Assembly: GCF_009914755.1 (NCBI RefSeq)
Contig: NC_060938.1
DNA from: the human T2T-CHM13v2.0 reference genome, Homo sapiens
Strand: one strand, 5' to 3'
DNA length: 64,000 nucleotides
In this document: positions 30,912-45,900 of the stretch, piece by piece
Position numbering within the stretch: the first letter of the stretch is position 1
Layout of the letters: each line of letters begins with the position of its first letter
Notes under the pieces: generated by a model
The model's database searches: none
What the model was told of the DNA's origin: nothing
What the model saw: the letters and a program-made list of their open reading frames with translations, nothing else
Program-made: the position numbers and the translations under genes

Positions 30912-33900
30912 CTCCACTCCACTCCACTCCATTCCATTCCATTCCATTCCATTCCATTCCATTCCATTCCATCCCATTCCATTCCACTCCCTTCCACTCT
31001 ACTCCACTCCATTCCACTCTACTCCAGTCCACTACACTCCATTCTATTCCATTCCATTTCATTCCAATCCATTCCATTCCATTCTTTTATTTTGTCAGGA
31101 ACTCACTCCCTCACCCAGGTTGGAGTGCAGTGGCACAATCTCAGCCCACATTTCATCTCAACGTGCCATTCCATTCCATTCCATTCCTTTCCATTCTATT
31201 CCACACCACTCCACAAAACTCCACTCTACTCCACTCCACTGCATTCCTTTCCATTACATCCCATTCCCTTCCTCTTCTTTCCACTATACTCCACTACACT
31301 CCACTCTACTCCACCCCACTCCACCCCACTGCATTCCATTCTACTCTAATCTGTTCCATTCCTTTCTTTCGATAGGATATCACCTGTCACCCAGGATGGA
31401 GTGCAGTGGCACAATCTCAGCTCACATTTCATTTCACCATTCTATTCCATTCTATTCTATTCCATTCCACTACACTCCTCTCCACTCCACTCCACTGCAT
31501 TCAATTTGAATCCAATCCACTCAACTCCATTCCATCCCATCCCATTCCATTCCACTCCACTCCATTCCACTTCACGCCATTCCATTCCACTCCATCCCAT
31601 CCCATTCCGTTCCACTCCAATCCACTGCATTCTACTCCATTCCATTCCACACCATTCCATTCTATTCCTTTCTGTCGACAAGACCTTACTCTGTCACCCA
31701 GGATGGAGTGCAGTGTCATAATCTCAGCTATCATTTCATTTCATGATTCCATTCCATTCCATTGCATTCCATTTCATTCCATTCCATTCCATTGCATTCC
31801 ATTCCATTCCATCCCTTCCCATTCCACTCCATTCCACTCCACTCCTCTCCATTCCATTCCACTCTATTCCATTCCATTCCACTCCATTCCACTCCAATCC
31901 ACTACATTCCACTCCAATCCACTACATTCCTCTCCACTCCACTCCATTCCATCCCACTGAATTCCACTCAATTCCACTCCACTCCACTCCACACCACTTC
32001 TCTCCAATCAATTCCATTCCATTCCATTGCACCCCATTCCATTCCACTCCCTTCCATTCTACTCCACTCAAATCCAGTCCACTCCACTCCACTCCACCAC
32101 ACTCCATTCCATTCCATTCCTTTCCATTCCTTTCTTTCGACAGGATCTGAATCTGTCACCCAGACTGGAGTGGAGTGACAGTATCTCAGCTCACATTTAA
32201 TTTCACCATTCCATTCCATTCCATTATATTCCATTCAATTCCATTCCATCCCATTTCATTCCACTCCTATGCACTCCACTCCACTGCACTCCATTCCATT
32301 CCATTCAATTCCATTCCACGCCACTCCACTCCACTCCACTCCACTCCACTCCATTCCATTCCATTCCATTCCACTCCATTCCATTCCACTCCTTTAAATT
32401 CCATTCATTTCCTTCGACAGGATCTCACTTTGTCACCTAGGCTGGAGTGCAGTGGCACAGTCTCAGCTCATATTTCATTTCATCATTCCAGTCAATACCA
32501 TTCCATTCCTTTCCATTCCATTCTATTCCATTACACTAAAATCCACTCTGCTCCACTCCACTCCATTCCATTGCATTCCATTCCATTCCACTCTACTCCA
32601 CTCCTCTCCACCCCAATCCACTCCACTCCATCCAATTCCATCCAATTCCATCCAATTCCATTCCATTCCACCCCTCGTTCCTCCACTCCACTCCCCTCCA
32701 CTTCATACCATTAGATTCCATCCCATTCCATTCCACTCCACTCCACTCCATTCTACTCCACTCTACTCCACTCTGCTCTGCTCCACTCCATTATATTCCA
32801 CTCTATTCCATTCCATTCTTTACATTCAACAGGATCTCACTCTGTCACCCAGTCTGGAGTGCAGAGGCAGAATCTCAGCTCACATTTCATTTCACTATTC
32901 CATTCCATTCCATTCCATTCCATTCCATTCCATTCCATTCCATTCCATTCCACTCCACTCCACTCCACTCCACTCCTCTCCACTCCACTCCATTCCATTC
33001 CACTGCATTTCACTCCATGCCACTCCACTCACTGCACTCCATTCCATTCCACTCCATCCCATTGCATTCCACTCCATTCCATTCCACACAACTCCACTCC
33101 ACTCAGCTCCACTCCACTCCATTCCATTCCATTTCTTTCTTTTGACAGCATCTCACCCTGTCAACCAGACTGGCAGACAGTGGCACAAACTCAGTTCACA
33201 TTTCATTTCACCACTCCATTACATTCTATTCCATTGCATTCAATTCCATTGCATTCCACTGCATTCCATTCCATTCCACTCCACTCCAATCCACCTCACT
33301 CCATGGTATTCAATTCCATCCCATTCCATTCCACTCCATTCCTCTCCACTCCACTCCATTCCATTCCATTCCACTCCATCCCATTCCATTCCACTCCATT
33401 ACGGTGTATTCCACTCCAATCCACTCCACTCTATTCCATTCCATTCCATTATAATTCAATCCCCTACATTCCATTAATTTCTTTCGACAGTATCTCACGC
33501 TGTCACATAGGCTGGAGCGCAGTGGCACTATCTGAGCTCACATTTAATTTCACAATTCCATTCCATTGCATTCCATTGCATTCCATTCTATTGCATTCCA
33601 TTCCATTGCAATCCATTCCATTCAATTCCATTCCAACCCATTCCATTGCATTCCTGTGAACTCCAATCCACTCCACTCCACTGCATTCCATTCCATTCCA
33701 TTCCACTCCTTTCCATTCCATTCCTTTCCTTCAACAGAATCTCACTCTGTCACCGAGGCTGGAGTGCAGTGTCACAATCTCAGCTCATATTTCATTTCAT
33801 CATTTCATTCTATACTATTCCATTCCTTTCCATTCCATTCTACTCCATTACACTCCAATCCACTCTACTCCACTCCACTCCATTCCACTGCATTCCATTC

Positions 33901-36900
33901 CATTCCATTCCCCTCCACCCCTCTCCACTGCACTCCACTCCACTCCATCCCATTACATTCAATTCCACTCCATTCCACCCAACTCCATTCCACTCCACAC
34001 CATTCCATTCCATTCCACATCATTCCACTCCACTCCACTTCACTCCACTCCACTGCACTCCATTCCATTCAACTCCATCCGATTCCATTCCACTCCATTC
34101 CACTCCACATCACTCCATGCGCCTCCACTCCACTAAATTCCATTCCATACTTTTCTTTCAACAGGATCTCACTCTGTCATCCAGGCTGGCGTGCAGTGCC
34201 ACAAACTCAGCTCACATTTCATTTAACCATTTAATTCCATTCCATTCTATTCCATTCCATACCATTCCATACCATTCCATTCCATTCTATTCCACTCTAC
34301 TCCACTCCACTCCACTCCATTCCACTCCACTCCACTCCATGTCATTCCCTTCCATCCCATTCCATTCCACTCCATTCCACCCTACTCCACTCAAATTCAC
34401 TCCACCCCACTCCACTACAAGCCATTCCATTCCATCCCATTTCATTCCACTCCATTCCACTTGACTCCACTCCACTCCACTCCACTCCAATCCACTCCAC
34501 TCCATTCAATTCAATCCCATTCCGTTCCATTCCTTTCTTTCGATGGGATCTCACTGTGCCAAAAAACGCTGGAACACAGTGGCACAATCTCAGCTCACAT
34601 TTTATTTCACCATTCCATTCCATTCCATTCCATTCTGCTCCTTTCCCCTCCACTCCACTCCACTCCCCTCCATTCCATTCCATTCCATTCCATTCCATTC
34701 CATTCCATTCCACTCCACTCCATTCCACTCCAATCCAGTCAAATTCACTCCACCCCAATTCACTCCACTCCACTCCACTCCATTCCATTCCATCCCATTC
34801 CATTTCACTCCATTCCTCTCCACTCAAATCCACTGCACTCCATTCCATTCCACTCCATCTCATTCCTTTCCACTCCATTATGCTCCATTCCACTCCACTC
34901 CACTCCATTCCATTCCATTCCATTCCATTCCATTCCATTCCATCCCATTCCATTCCATTATAATTCACTCCCTTACATTATATTAATTTATTTCGACAGG
35001 ATCTCACTCTGTCACACAGGCTGGAGTGCAGTGGCACTATCTCAGCTCACATTTAATTTCAGAATTCCCTTCCACTGCATTCCATTCCATTGCATTCCAT
35101 TCCATTCCATTCCTTTCCATTCCATTCTATTCCATTCCATTCAATTCCATTCCATCCCATTCCATTGCACGCCTGTGAACTCCACTCCACTCCACTCCAC
35201 TGCATTCCATTCCAATCCATTCCATTCCACTCCACTCCACTCCACTCTACTCCACTCCATTCCATTCCATCCCGTTCCATTCCACTCCATTCCAATATAC
35301 TGCACTCCACTACACTCTATTCCATTCCATTGCATTCCAGTCCTTTCCATTCCATTCCTTTCTTTCAACAGGTTTTCACTCTGTCACCTATGCTGGAGTG
35401 CAGTGGCACAATCTCAGCTCATATTTCACTTCTTCATTCCATTCTCTTCCATTCCATTGCTTTCCATTCCATTCAATTTGATTCCACTACATTCCATTCC
35501 ACTCCACTCCACTCCACTCCTCTTCATTCGACTCCACTCCATTCCATTCCATTCAATTCCACTCCACTCTACTCGATTCCTCTCCACCCAACTCCACTCT
35601 ACTCCATTCAATTCCATCCAATTCCATACCACTCCACTCCTCTCCCCAACACTCCACTCCACTCTCCTCCACTTCATTCCATTCGATTCCATCCCATTCC
35701 ATTCCATTCGACTCCACTCCTCTCCACTCCACTCCTTTCCATTCCTTTCCTTTCCACTCCATCCCATTCCACTCCACTCCACTCCACTCCATTCCATTCC
35801 ATTCCATTCCATTCCATTCCATTCCATTCCACTCCATTCCGTTCCATTCCTCACATTCGACAGGATGTCTCTCTGTCACCCAGTCTAGAGTGCAGTGGCA
35901 GAATCTCAGCTTACATTTCATTTCACTATTCCATTCCATTCCATTCCATTCCATTTCATTCCATTCCACTCCATTCCATTCCATTTCTTTCCATTCCACT
36001 CTATTCCATTCCACTCCACTGCACTCCACTCCACTCCATTCCATTCCATTCCATTCCATTCCACTCCAGTCCACTCTATTCCACTCCACTACACTCCATT
36101 CCATTCCATCCCATTCCATTCCACTGCATTTCACTCCATGTCACTCCACTCACTGCACTCCATTCCATTCCACTCCATCCCATTCCATTCCACTCTATTC
36201 CACTCCATTCCACTCTATCCCATTCCATTCCACTCCATTCCAGTCCACACCACTCCACTACAATCAACTTCACTCCACTCCATTCCATTCCATTCCTTTC
36301 TTTTGATAGCATCTCACCCTGTCTACCAGACTGGCGGGCAGTGGCACAAACTCAGCTCACATTTCATTTCACCACTCCATTCCATTCTATTCCATTGCAT
36401 TCCATTCCATTACATTCCACTGCATTCCATTCCATTCCATTCCACTCCACCCCATTCCACTCTACTCCACTCCAATCCACTCCACTCCACCTCACTCCAT
36501 GGCATTCAATTCCATCCCATTCCATTTCACTAAATTTCACTCTACTCCACTCCAATCCACTCCTCTCTACTCCACTCCCTGCCATTCCTCTCCATCCCAT
36601 TCCATTCCACTGCATTCCACTTGACTCCACTCCACTCCACTCCATTCCATTCCATACAATTCCACTCCATTCCATTCCATTCCTTTCTTTCCACAGGAGC
36701 TCACTCTGTCACAAAGGCTGGAGTGCAGTGGCACAATCTCAGCTCAAATTTCTTTTCACCATTCCATTGCATTCCATTCCATCCAATTCCATTCCACCTT
36801 ATTTACCTCTAGTCCACTCCACTCCATTCCATTTCACTCCATCCCTTTCCATTCGACTCCATTTCACTCCAGTCCACACCACTCCACTCCCCTCCACTCC

Positions 36901-39900
36901 ACTCTATTCCATTTAACTCCGTTGCATTCCATTCCTTTCTTTCAACAGGATATCACTGTGTCACCCAGGCTGGAGGGCAGTGGCACAATCACAGCTCACA
37001 TTACATGTCAACTTTCCATTGCATTGCATTCAATTCCATTCCATTCAATTACATTCCATTCCACTTCGTTCCACTCCACTCCACGCCACTCTATTCCACT
37101 GCATTCCATTACATCCGATTCCATTCCACTCAATTCCATTCCTCTCCACTCCACTGCACTCTACTCCACTCCATTCCACTCCATCCCATTCCATTCGGCT
37201 CCATTCCACTGAACCCCACTCCGCTCCATTCCACTGAACTCCACTCTTCTCCATTCCACTGAACTCCACTCCACCCCACTCCACTCCACTTCATTCCTTT
37301 CCATTCCATCCCGTTCTATTCCTCACCATTCCAATCCACTCCAGTCCACTCCACTACACTCCAGTCCACTCCATTCCATTCCATTCCGCTGCATTCTATT
37401 CCATTCCTTCCTTTCGAGAGTATCACACTCTGTGACCCAGCCTGGAGTACAGTGGCACAATCTCAGCTCACATTTCATTTCTCCATTCCATTCCATTCCA
37501 TTCCACTCTACTCCACTCCACTCCACTCCAATCCAATCCATGCCACTACACTCCACTCCTCTCCATTCCAGTGCACTCCACACCTGTCCATTCCATCCCA
37601 TTCCATTCCACTCCTTTCCACTCCACTCCACTCCATTCCAGTCCATTAAACTCCATTCTATTCCATTCCTTTCTTTTGACAGTATCTCACTCTGTCACTC
37701 AGGCTGGTGTGCAGTGGCACAATAACAGCTCCCATTTCATTTCATGATTCCATTCCAATCCATTCCATTCCACTCCCATTGCATTCCATTCCATTCCATT
37801 CCATTCCAATCCACTCCATTCCATTCCATTCCATTCCATTCCACTCCATTCCATTCCATTCCATTCCATTCCATTCCATTCCATTCCATTCCACTGCACT
37901 CCACTCCACTCCAATCAATTCCACTCCACTCCACTTCCATCCATTCCTTTCCATTCCATTCCAATCCCTTCCATTCCACTCCTTTCTTTCAACAGGATCT
38001 CCCTCTGTCACACAGGCTGTAGCGCAGTGGCACAATATCAGCACACATTTCTTTTCACCATTCCATTGCATTCCATTCCATTCCATTCCATTCCATTCCA
38101 CTCCACTCCCCTCCACTCCTTTCCACTCGACTCCACTCCATTCCATTCCACTCTACTCCATTCCACTCCATTTCATTCCATCCCATTCCATTCCATTCCT
38201 TTCCACTCCACTCCACTGCACTGCATTCCATTCCATTCCACGCCATTCCATTCCAATATTTTCTTTTGACAGGATCTCACTCTGTCACCGAGGCTGGAGT
38301 GCAGTGGCACAATCTCAGCTCACATTTCATTTCACCATTCCATTCCATTCCATTCCAATACATTCCATTCCATTCCATTCATTCCATTCTATTCCATTCC
38401 CCTTCATTCCGTTCCATTCCACTCCACTCCACTCCATTTTGTTCCATTCTACTCCATTCCATTCCATTCCTTTATTTCAAATGGATCTCACACTGTCACA
38501 CAGACTGGAGTGCAGTGGCAAGATCTTAGCTCACATTTCATTTTTCCATTCCATTCCATTCCATTCCATTCCATTCCATTCCATTCCACTCGACTCCACT
38601 CCACTCTATTCCATTCCACTCCACTCCACTCCACTCCACTCCATTCTATTCCATGAAACACCATTACATTCCACTCCACTCCACTCCATGCCACCCCATT
38701 ACACTCCACTCCACTCTACTCCATTCCACTCCACTCCATTCCGTTACACTCCATTCCACTGCACTCCTCTCCACTCTCCTCCATTTTACTCCACTCCACT
38801 CCATTCCATTCCACTCCACTCCATTCCATTCCATTCCATTCCATTCCAACCAATTCCATTCCATTGCACTCCATTCCATTCCAACACATTCCATTCCATT
38901 CCTTTCCTTTGACAGGATCTCACTGTGTCAAAAAAGGCTGTAATACAGTGGCACAATCTCAGCTCACATTTCTTTCACCATTCCATTGCCTTCCATTCCA
39001 TTCCATTCCATTCCACTCCACTCCATTCCACTCCACTCCCCTCTATTAGATTCCATTCCATTCCATTCCATTCCTTTCCATACCATTCCACTCCATTCCA
39101 CTTCACTCCAATAAACTCCACTCCACTCCTTTCCATTCCTTCCCATTCCATTTCACTCCATTCCTCTCCACACCACTCCAGTCCACTCCATTCCACTTCA
39201 CTCCAATAAACTCCACTCCACTCCTTTCCATTCCTTCCCATTCCATTTCACTCCATTCCTCTCCACACCACTCCAGTCCACTCCATTCCATTCCAATCCA
39301 TCCCATTCAATTCCACTCCATTCCACACCACTTCACTACACTCCATTCAATTCCATTCCATTCCATTTTACTCCATTCAATTCCATTCCTTTCTTTCGAC
39401 AGGATCTCACTGTGTCACACTGGCTGGAGTGCAGTAGCACTATCTCAGGTCACATTTAATTTCACCATCCATTCCTTTGTATTCCATTGCGTTCCTTTCC
39501 ATTTCATTCCATTGCATTCCATTCCATTTCATCCCATTGCATTCCATTCCATTTCATTCCATTGCATTCCATTCCTTTTCATTCCATTGCATTCCATTCC
39601 ATTGCATTCTATTCAATTCCATTCCATCCCATTCCATTCCATTTCTGTGAACTCCACTCCACTCCACTCAATTCCATTCCATCCCATTCCATTCCACTCC
39701 ATTCCACTATAATTCACTCCACTCCACTCCATTCCATTCCATTCCATTCAATTCCATTCCATACCATTCCACTCCATTCGATTCCACTCCAATAAACTCC
39801 ACTCCTCTCCACTCCTTTCTATTCCATCCCATTCCATTTCACTCGATTCCTCTCCACTCCACTCCAGGTCACTCCATTCCATTCTAATCCATCCCACTCA

Positions 39901-42900
39901 ATTCCACTCCATTCCGCTCCGTTCCACACCGCTTCGCTACACTCCATTCGATTCCATTTCATTCCATTTGACTCCATTCCATTCCATTCCTTTCTTTCGA
40001 CAGGATCTCACTGTGTCACCCTGGTTGGAGTGCAGTGGCACTATCTCAGGTCACATTTAATTTCACCATCCTTTCCTTTGTGTTCCATTGCATTGCATTC
40101 CATTCAATTCCATTCCATCCTTTTCCATTCCACTTCTGTGAACTACACTCCACTACACTCTGCTGCATTCCATTCCATTCCACTCCACTCCACTCAATTC
40201 CATTCAATCCAATTCCATTCCACTCCCTTCCACTATACTCCACTCCATTCCATTCCTCCCCACTCCAGTCCACTCAACTCCCCTCCACTCCAATCCTCAC
40301 CATTCCATTCCATTCCATCCCTTTCCATTCCACTCAATTCCACTCCACTCCACTCCACTCAACTAAACTCCACTCCACTCCACTCCATTCCATTCCACTC
40401 CATCACTTTCTATTCGACTCTATTCCACTCCACTCCACTCCACTGCCTTCCATTCCATTCCATTCCAGTCCATTCCATTCCTTTCTTTCGAGAGGATCTC
40501 ACACTGTCACCCAGGCTGGAGTTCGGTGACACAATATCACCTCACATTTCATTTCACCATTGCATTCAATTTCATTCCATTCCATTCCATTCCACTCCAC
40601 TCCATTCCATTCCATTTCATTCCATTCTACTCAACTCCACTCCACTCAATCCCATTCCTTTCCACCCCACTCCACTCCACTCCACTCCATTCCATTTCAT
40701 TCATTCCATTCCATTCAATTTCCCTCCATTCCGTTCCATTCCACTCCACTCCACTCCATTTTATTCCATTCTACTCCATTCCATTCCATGCCTTTATTTC
40801 GAATGGATCTCACACTGTCACACAGACCAGAGTGCAGTGGCGAAATCTTAGCTCACATTTCATTTCACCATTCCATTCCACTCCACTCCATTCAATTCCA
40901 CTGCACTCCACTCCACTTCATTCCATTCCATTAAACTCCATTACATTCCACTCCACTCCACTCCACGCCACCCCATCACACTCCACTCAACTCTACTCCA
41001 TTCCTCTCCACTCCATTCTGTTACATTCCATTCCACTTCATTCCACTGCACTCTTCTCCACTACACTCCATTCCACTCCACTCCATTCCATTCCACTCCA
41101 CTCCACTCCATTCCACTCCACTCCACTCCATTCCACTCCACTCGACTCCAGTCCACTCCACTCCATTCCATTCTACCACATTCCATTCCATTCCTTTATT
41201 TCGTTTGGATCTCACTCTGTCACCCAGACTGAAGTGCAGTGGCACAATCTTAGCTCACATTTTATTTCACCATTCCATTCCATTCCATTCCATCCCATCC
41301 CATTCCATTGCACTCCATTCCATTCCAACATATTCCATTCCATTCCATTCCATTCTATTCCATTCCATTCCATTCCATTCCATTCTATTCCATTCCATTC
41401 CATTCCATTCCATTCCATCCCATCCCATTTCTTTCCATCCCATTCCTTTCCATCCCATTCCATTGCACTACATTCCATTCCATTCCTTTCCTTTGACAGG
41501 ATCTCACTGTGTCAAAAAAGGCTGTAATACAGTGTGACCATCTCAGCTCACATTTCTTTCACCATTCCATTGCATTCCATTCCACTCCACTCCACTCCAC
41601 TCCCCTCTATTCCATTCCATTCCATTCCATACAACTCCACTCCATTCCACTCCATTCCATACAATTCCACTCCATTCCACTCCATTCCATACCATTCCAC
41701 CCCATTCCACTCCACTCCAATAAATTCCACTGCACTCCACTCTACTCCTTTCCATTCCATCCCATTCCATTTCACTCCATTCCTCTCCACTCCACTCCAG
41801 TCCACTCCATTTCATTCCAATCCATCCCATTCAATTCCACTCCATTCCACTCCTTTCCACTCCACTTCACTACACTCCATTCGATTCCATTCCATTCCAT
41901 TTCACTCCATTCCATTCCTTTCCTTTCTTTCGACAGGATCTCACTGTGTCACACTGGCTGGAGTGCAGCGGCACGATCTCAGTTCTCATTTAATTTCACC
42001 ATCCATTCCTTTGTATTCCATTGAATTCCATTCCATTTCATTCCATTACATTCCATTCCATTTCATTCCATTGCATTCCATTCCTTTGCATTGCATTCCA
42101 TTGCATTCCATTCCATTACATTCCATTCAATTCCATTCCATCCCATTCCATTCCACTTCTGTGAACTCCACACCACTCCACTCCACTGCATTCCATTCCA
42201 TTACATTACATTCCACTGCACTCCACTCCACTCAATTCCATTCCATCCCATTCCATTCCACTGTACTCCACTCCACTCCAATAAATTCCATTCCATTCCA
42301 TTCCTCCCCACTCCACTCCACTAAACTCCCCTCCACTCCACTCCTCAGCATTGCATTCCATTCCATCCCTTTCCATTCCACTCAATTCCACTCCAACCCA
42401 CTCCACTAAACTCCACTCCACTCCATTCCATTCCACTCCATCACATTCCTTTCCACTCTTTTCCACTCCACTGCATTCCATTCCATTCCGTTCCATTCCA
42501 TTCCATTCCACTCCATTCCATTCCATTCCTTTCTTTTGAGAGGATCTCACTCTGTCACACAGGCTGGAGTTCGGTGGCACAATATCACCTCACATTTCAT
42601 TTCACCACTGCATTCAATTTCATTCCATTCCATTCCATTCTACTCCACTCCATTCAACTCCACTCCACTGCATTTCATTCCATTCTACTCCACTCCACTC
42701 CACTCCATCCCATTCCTTTCCACCCCACTCCACTCTACTTCATTCCACTCCATTCCATTCCATTCCATTCATTCCATTCCATTGGATTTCATTCCCCTCC
42801 ATTCCGTTCCATTCCACTCCACTCCATTTCAATCCCCTCCACTCCATTTTATTCCATTCTACTCCATTCCATTCCATTCCTTTATTTCGAATGGATCTCA

Positions 42901-45900
42901 CACTGTCACACAGACTGGAGGGCAGTGGCAAAATCTTAGCTCACATTTCATTGCTCCATTCCATTCTATTCCATTCCATTATATTCCACTGCATTCCACT
43001 CCATTGTATTTCACTCAACTCCACTCCACTCCATTCCATTCCATGAAACTCCATTACATTCCACTCCACTCCACTCCACGCCATCCCATTACACTCTACT
43101 CCACTCCACCCTACTCCATTCTACTCCACTCCATTCCGTTACACTCCATTCCACTGTATTCCACTCCATTCCCCTGCACTTCTCTCCTCTCCACTCCATT
43201 CCACTCCACTCCATTCCATTCCTCTCCACTCCATTACATTCCACTCCATTCCATTCAATTCCACTCTACTCCTCTCCATTCTATTCCACTCCACTCCACT
43301 CCAGTCCACTCCACTCCATTCCATTCTACCACATTCCATTCCGTTCCTTTATTTCGACTGGATCTCACTCTGTCACCCAGACTGTAGTGTAGTGGCACAA
43401 TCTTAGCTCACATTTTATTTCACCATTCCATTCCATTCCATTCCATTCCATTCCATTCCATTCCATTCCATTCCATTCCATTCCGTCCCATTCCATTGCA
43501 CTCCATTCCATTCCAACACATTCCATTCCATTCCTTCCCTTTGACAGGATCTCACTGTGTCAAAAAAGGCTGTAATAATGTGGCACAATCTCAGCTCACA
43601 TTTCTTTCACCATTCAATTGCATTCCATTCCATTTCATTTCATTCCATTACACTCCACTAATTTCCACTCCACTCTACTCCCCTCTTTTCCATTCCATTC
43701 CATTCCATTCCAATCCATTCCATACCATACCATTCCACTCCATTCCACTCCACTCCACTGCACTCCTTTCCATTCCATCCCATTCCATTTCACTTCATTC
43801 CTCTCCACTCCAATCCAGTCTACTCCATTTCCTTCCAATCCATCCCATTCAATTCCACTCCATTCCACTCCTTTCCACTCCACTTCACACCACTCCATTC
43901 GATTCCATTCCATTCCATTTAACTCCATTCCATTCCATTCCTTTCTTTTGACAGGATCTCACTGTGTCACCCCGGCTGGAGTGCAGTGGCACTATCTTAG
44001 CTCACATTTAATTTCACCATTCATTCCTTTGTATTCCAATGCATTCCATTCCATTTCATTCCATTGCATTCCATTCCATTTCATTCCATTGCATTCCATT
44101 CCATTTCATTCCATTGCATTCCATTGCATTCCATTCCATTGCATTCCATTGCATTTCATTCCATTCAATTTCATTCCATCCCATTCCATTCCACTTCTGT
44201 GAACTCCACTCCCCTCCACTCCACTCAATTCCATTCCATCCCATTCCATTCCACTCCATTCCTCTATACTACACTCCACTCCACTCCCTTCCATTCCGTT
44301 CCATTCCTCCCCACTCCACTCAACTGCCCTCCACTCCACTCCTCACCATTCCATTCCATTCCATCCCTTTCCATTCCACTCAATTCCACTGCACTCGACT
44401 CCCCTCCACTAAACTCCACTCCACTCCATTCCACTCCATCACATTCCGTTGTACCCTATTCCACTCCACTCCACTGCATTCCAATCCATTTCATTCCACT
44501 CGATTCCATTCCATTCTTTCTTTCAAGAGCATCTTACTCTGTCACCCAGGCTGGAGTGCAGTGGCACAATATCAACTCACATTTCATTTCACCATTGAAT
44601 TCAATTTCATTCCATTCCATTCCATTCCACTCCACTCCATTCCAATCCACTCCACTCCATCCCACTCCACTCCACTCCATCCCATTCCTTTCCACCCTAC
44701 TCCACTCCACTCCATTCCATTCCATTCCAATCCATTCCATCCCATTCCATTCCACTCCCTTCCACTCCACTCCAGTCCACTCCATTCCAATCCATTCCAT
44801 CCCATTCCATTCCACTCCCTTCCACTCCACTCCAGTCCACTACACTCCATTCCATCCCATCCCATTGCATTCCACTCTATTCCTCTCCACCCCACTCCAT
44901 TCCATTTCATTCCATTCCATTCCATTCCATACCATTCCATTCCATTCCACTCCAATCCGTTCCATTCCTTTCTTTCGATTGGATCTCACTCTCTCACCCA
45001 GGATGGAGTGCACTGGCACAATCTCAGCTCAGATTTCATTTGACCATTCTATTCCATTCCATTCCATTTTATTCCATTCCATTCCATTCCACTCCTCTCC
45101 ACTCCACTCCATTCCACTCCACTCCATTCCATTCCATTTCACTCCACTCCACTCCACTCCACTCCACTCCATTCCACTCCATCCCATTATATTCCAGTCC
45201 ATCCCATTCCACTCCATCCCATCTCTTTCCATTCCGCTCCATTCCACTCCATTCCACTCCACTGCATTATCCTCCATTCCATTCCACTCCATTCCATTCC
45301 ATTCCTTTCTGTCAAAGGAATGGAATGGAATCCATGGGATTCATCCTGGAGGATGGAGTGAAGTGCCGTAATCTCAGCTATCATTTCATTTCACGATTCC
45401 ATTCCATTCCATTCCATTCTATTCCATTCCTTTCCCTTCAATTCCATTCCATTCTATTCCATCCTTTCCCATTCCAATCCATTCCACTCCACTGCAATGC
45501 ACTCCTCTGCAATCCATTACATTCCCCTCCATTCCATTCCATTGCACTCCATTGCACTCCACTCCACTCCATTCCACTCGACTCCATTCCATTCCATTCC
45601 TTGAATTCCACTCAATTCCATTCCACTCCACTCCACACCACTCCTCTCCACTCCTTTACATTCCACTCCATCACATTCCATTCCACTCCATTCCACTCAA
45701 CTGCACTCAAATCCGGTCCACTCCACTCCACACCACTCCACTCCACTCCAGTCCACTCCACTCCACTCCATTCCATTCCACTCCATTCAATTCCATTCCT
45801 TCCTTTTGACAGGTTCTCACTCTGTCACCCAGGGTCTGGTGCAGTGGCACTATCTCAGCTCACATTTCATTTCCCATTCCATTCCATTGCATTCCATTCA

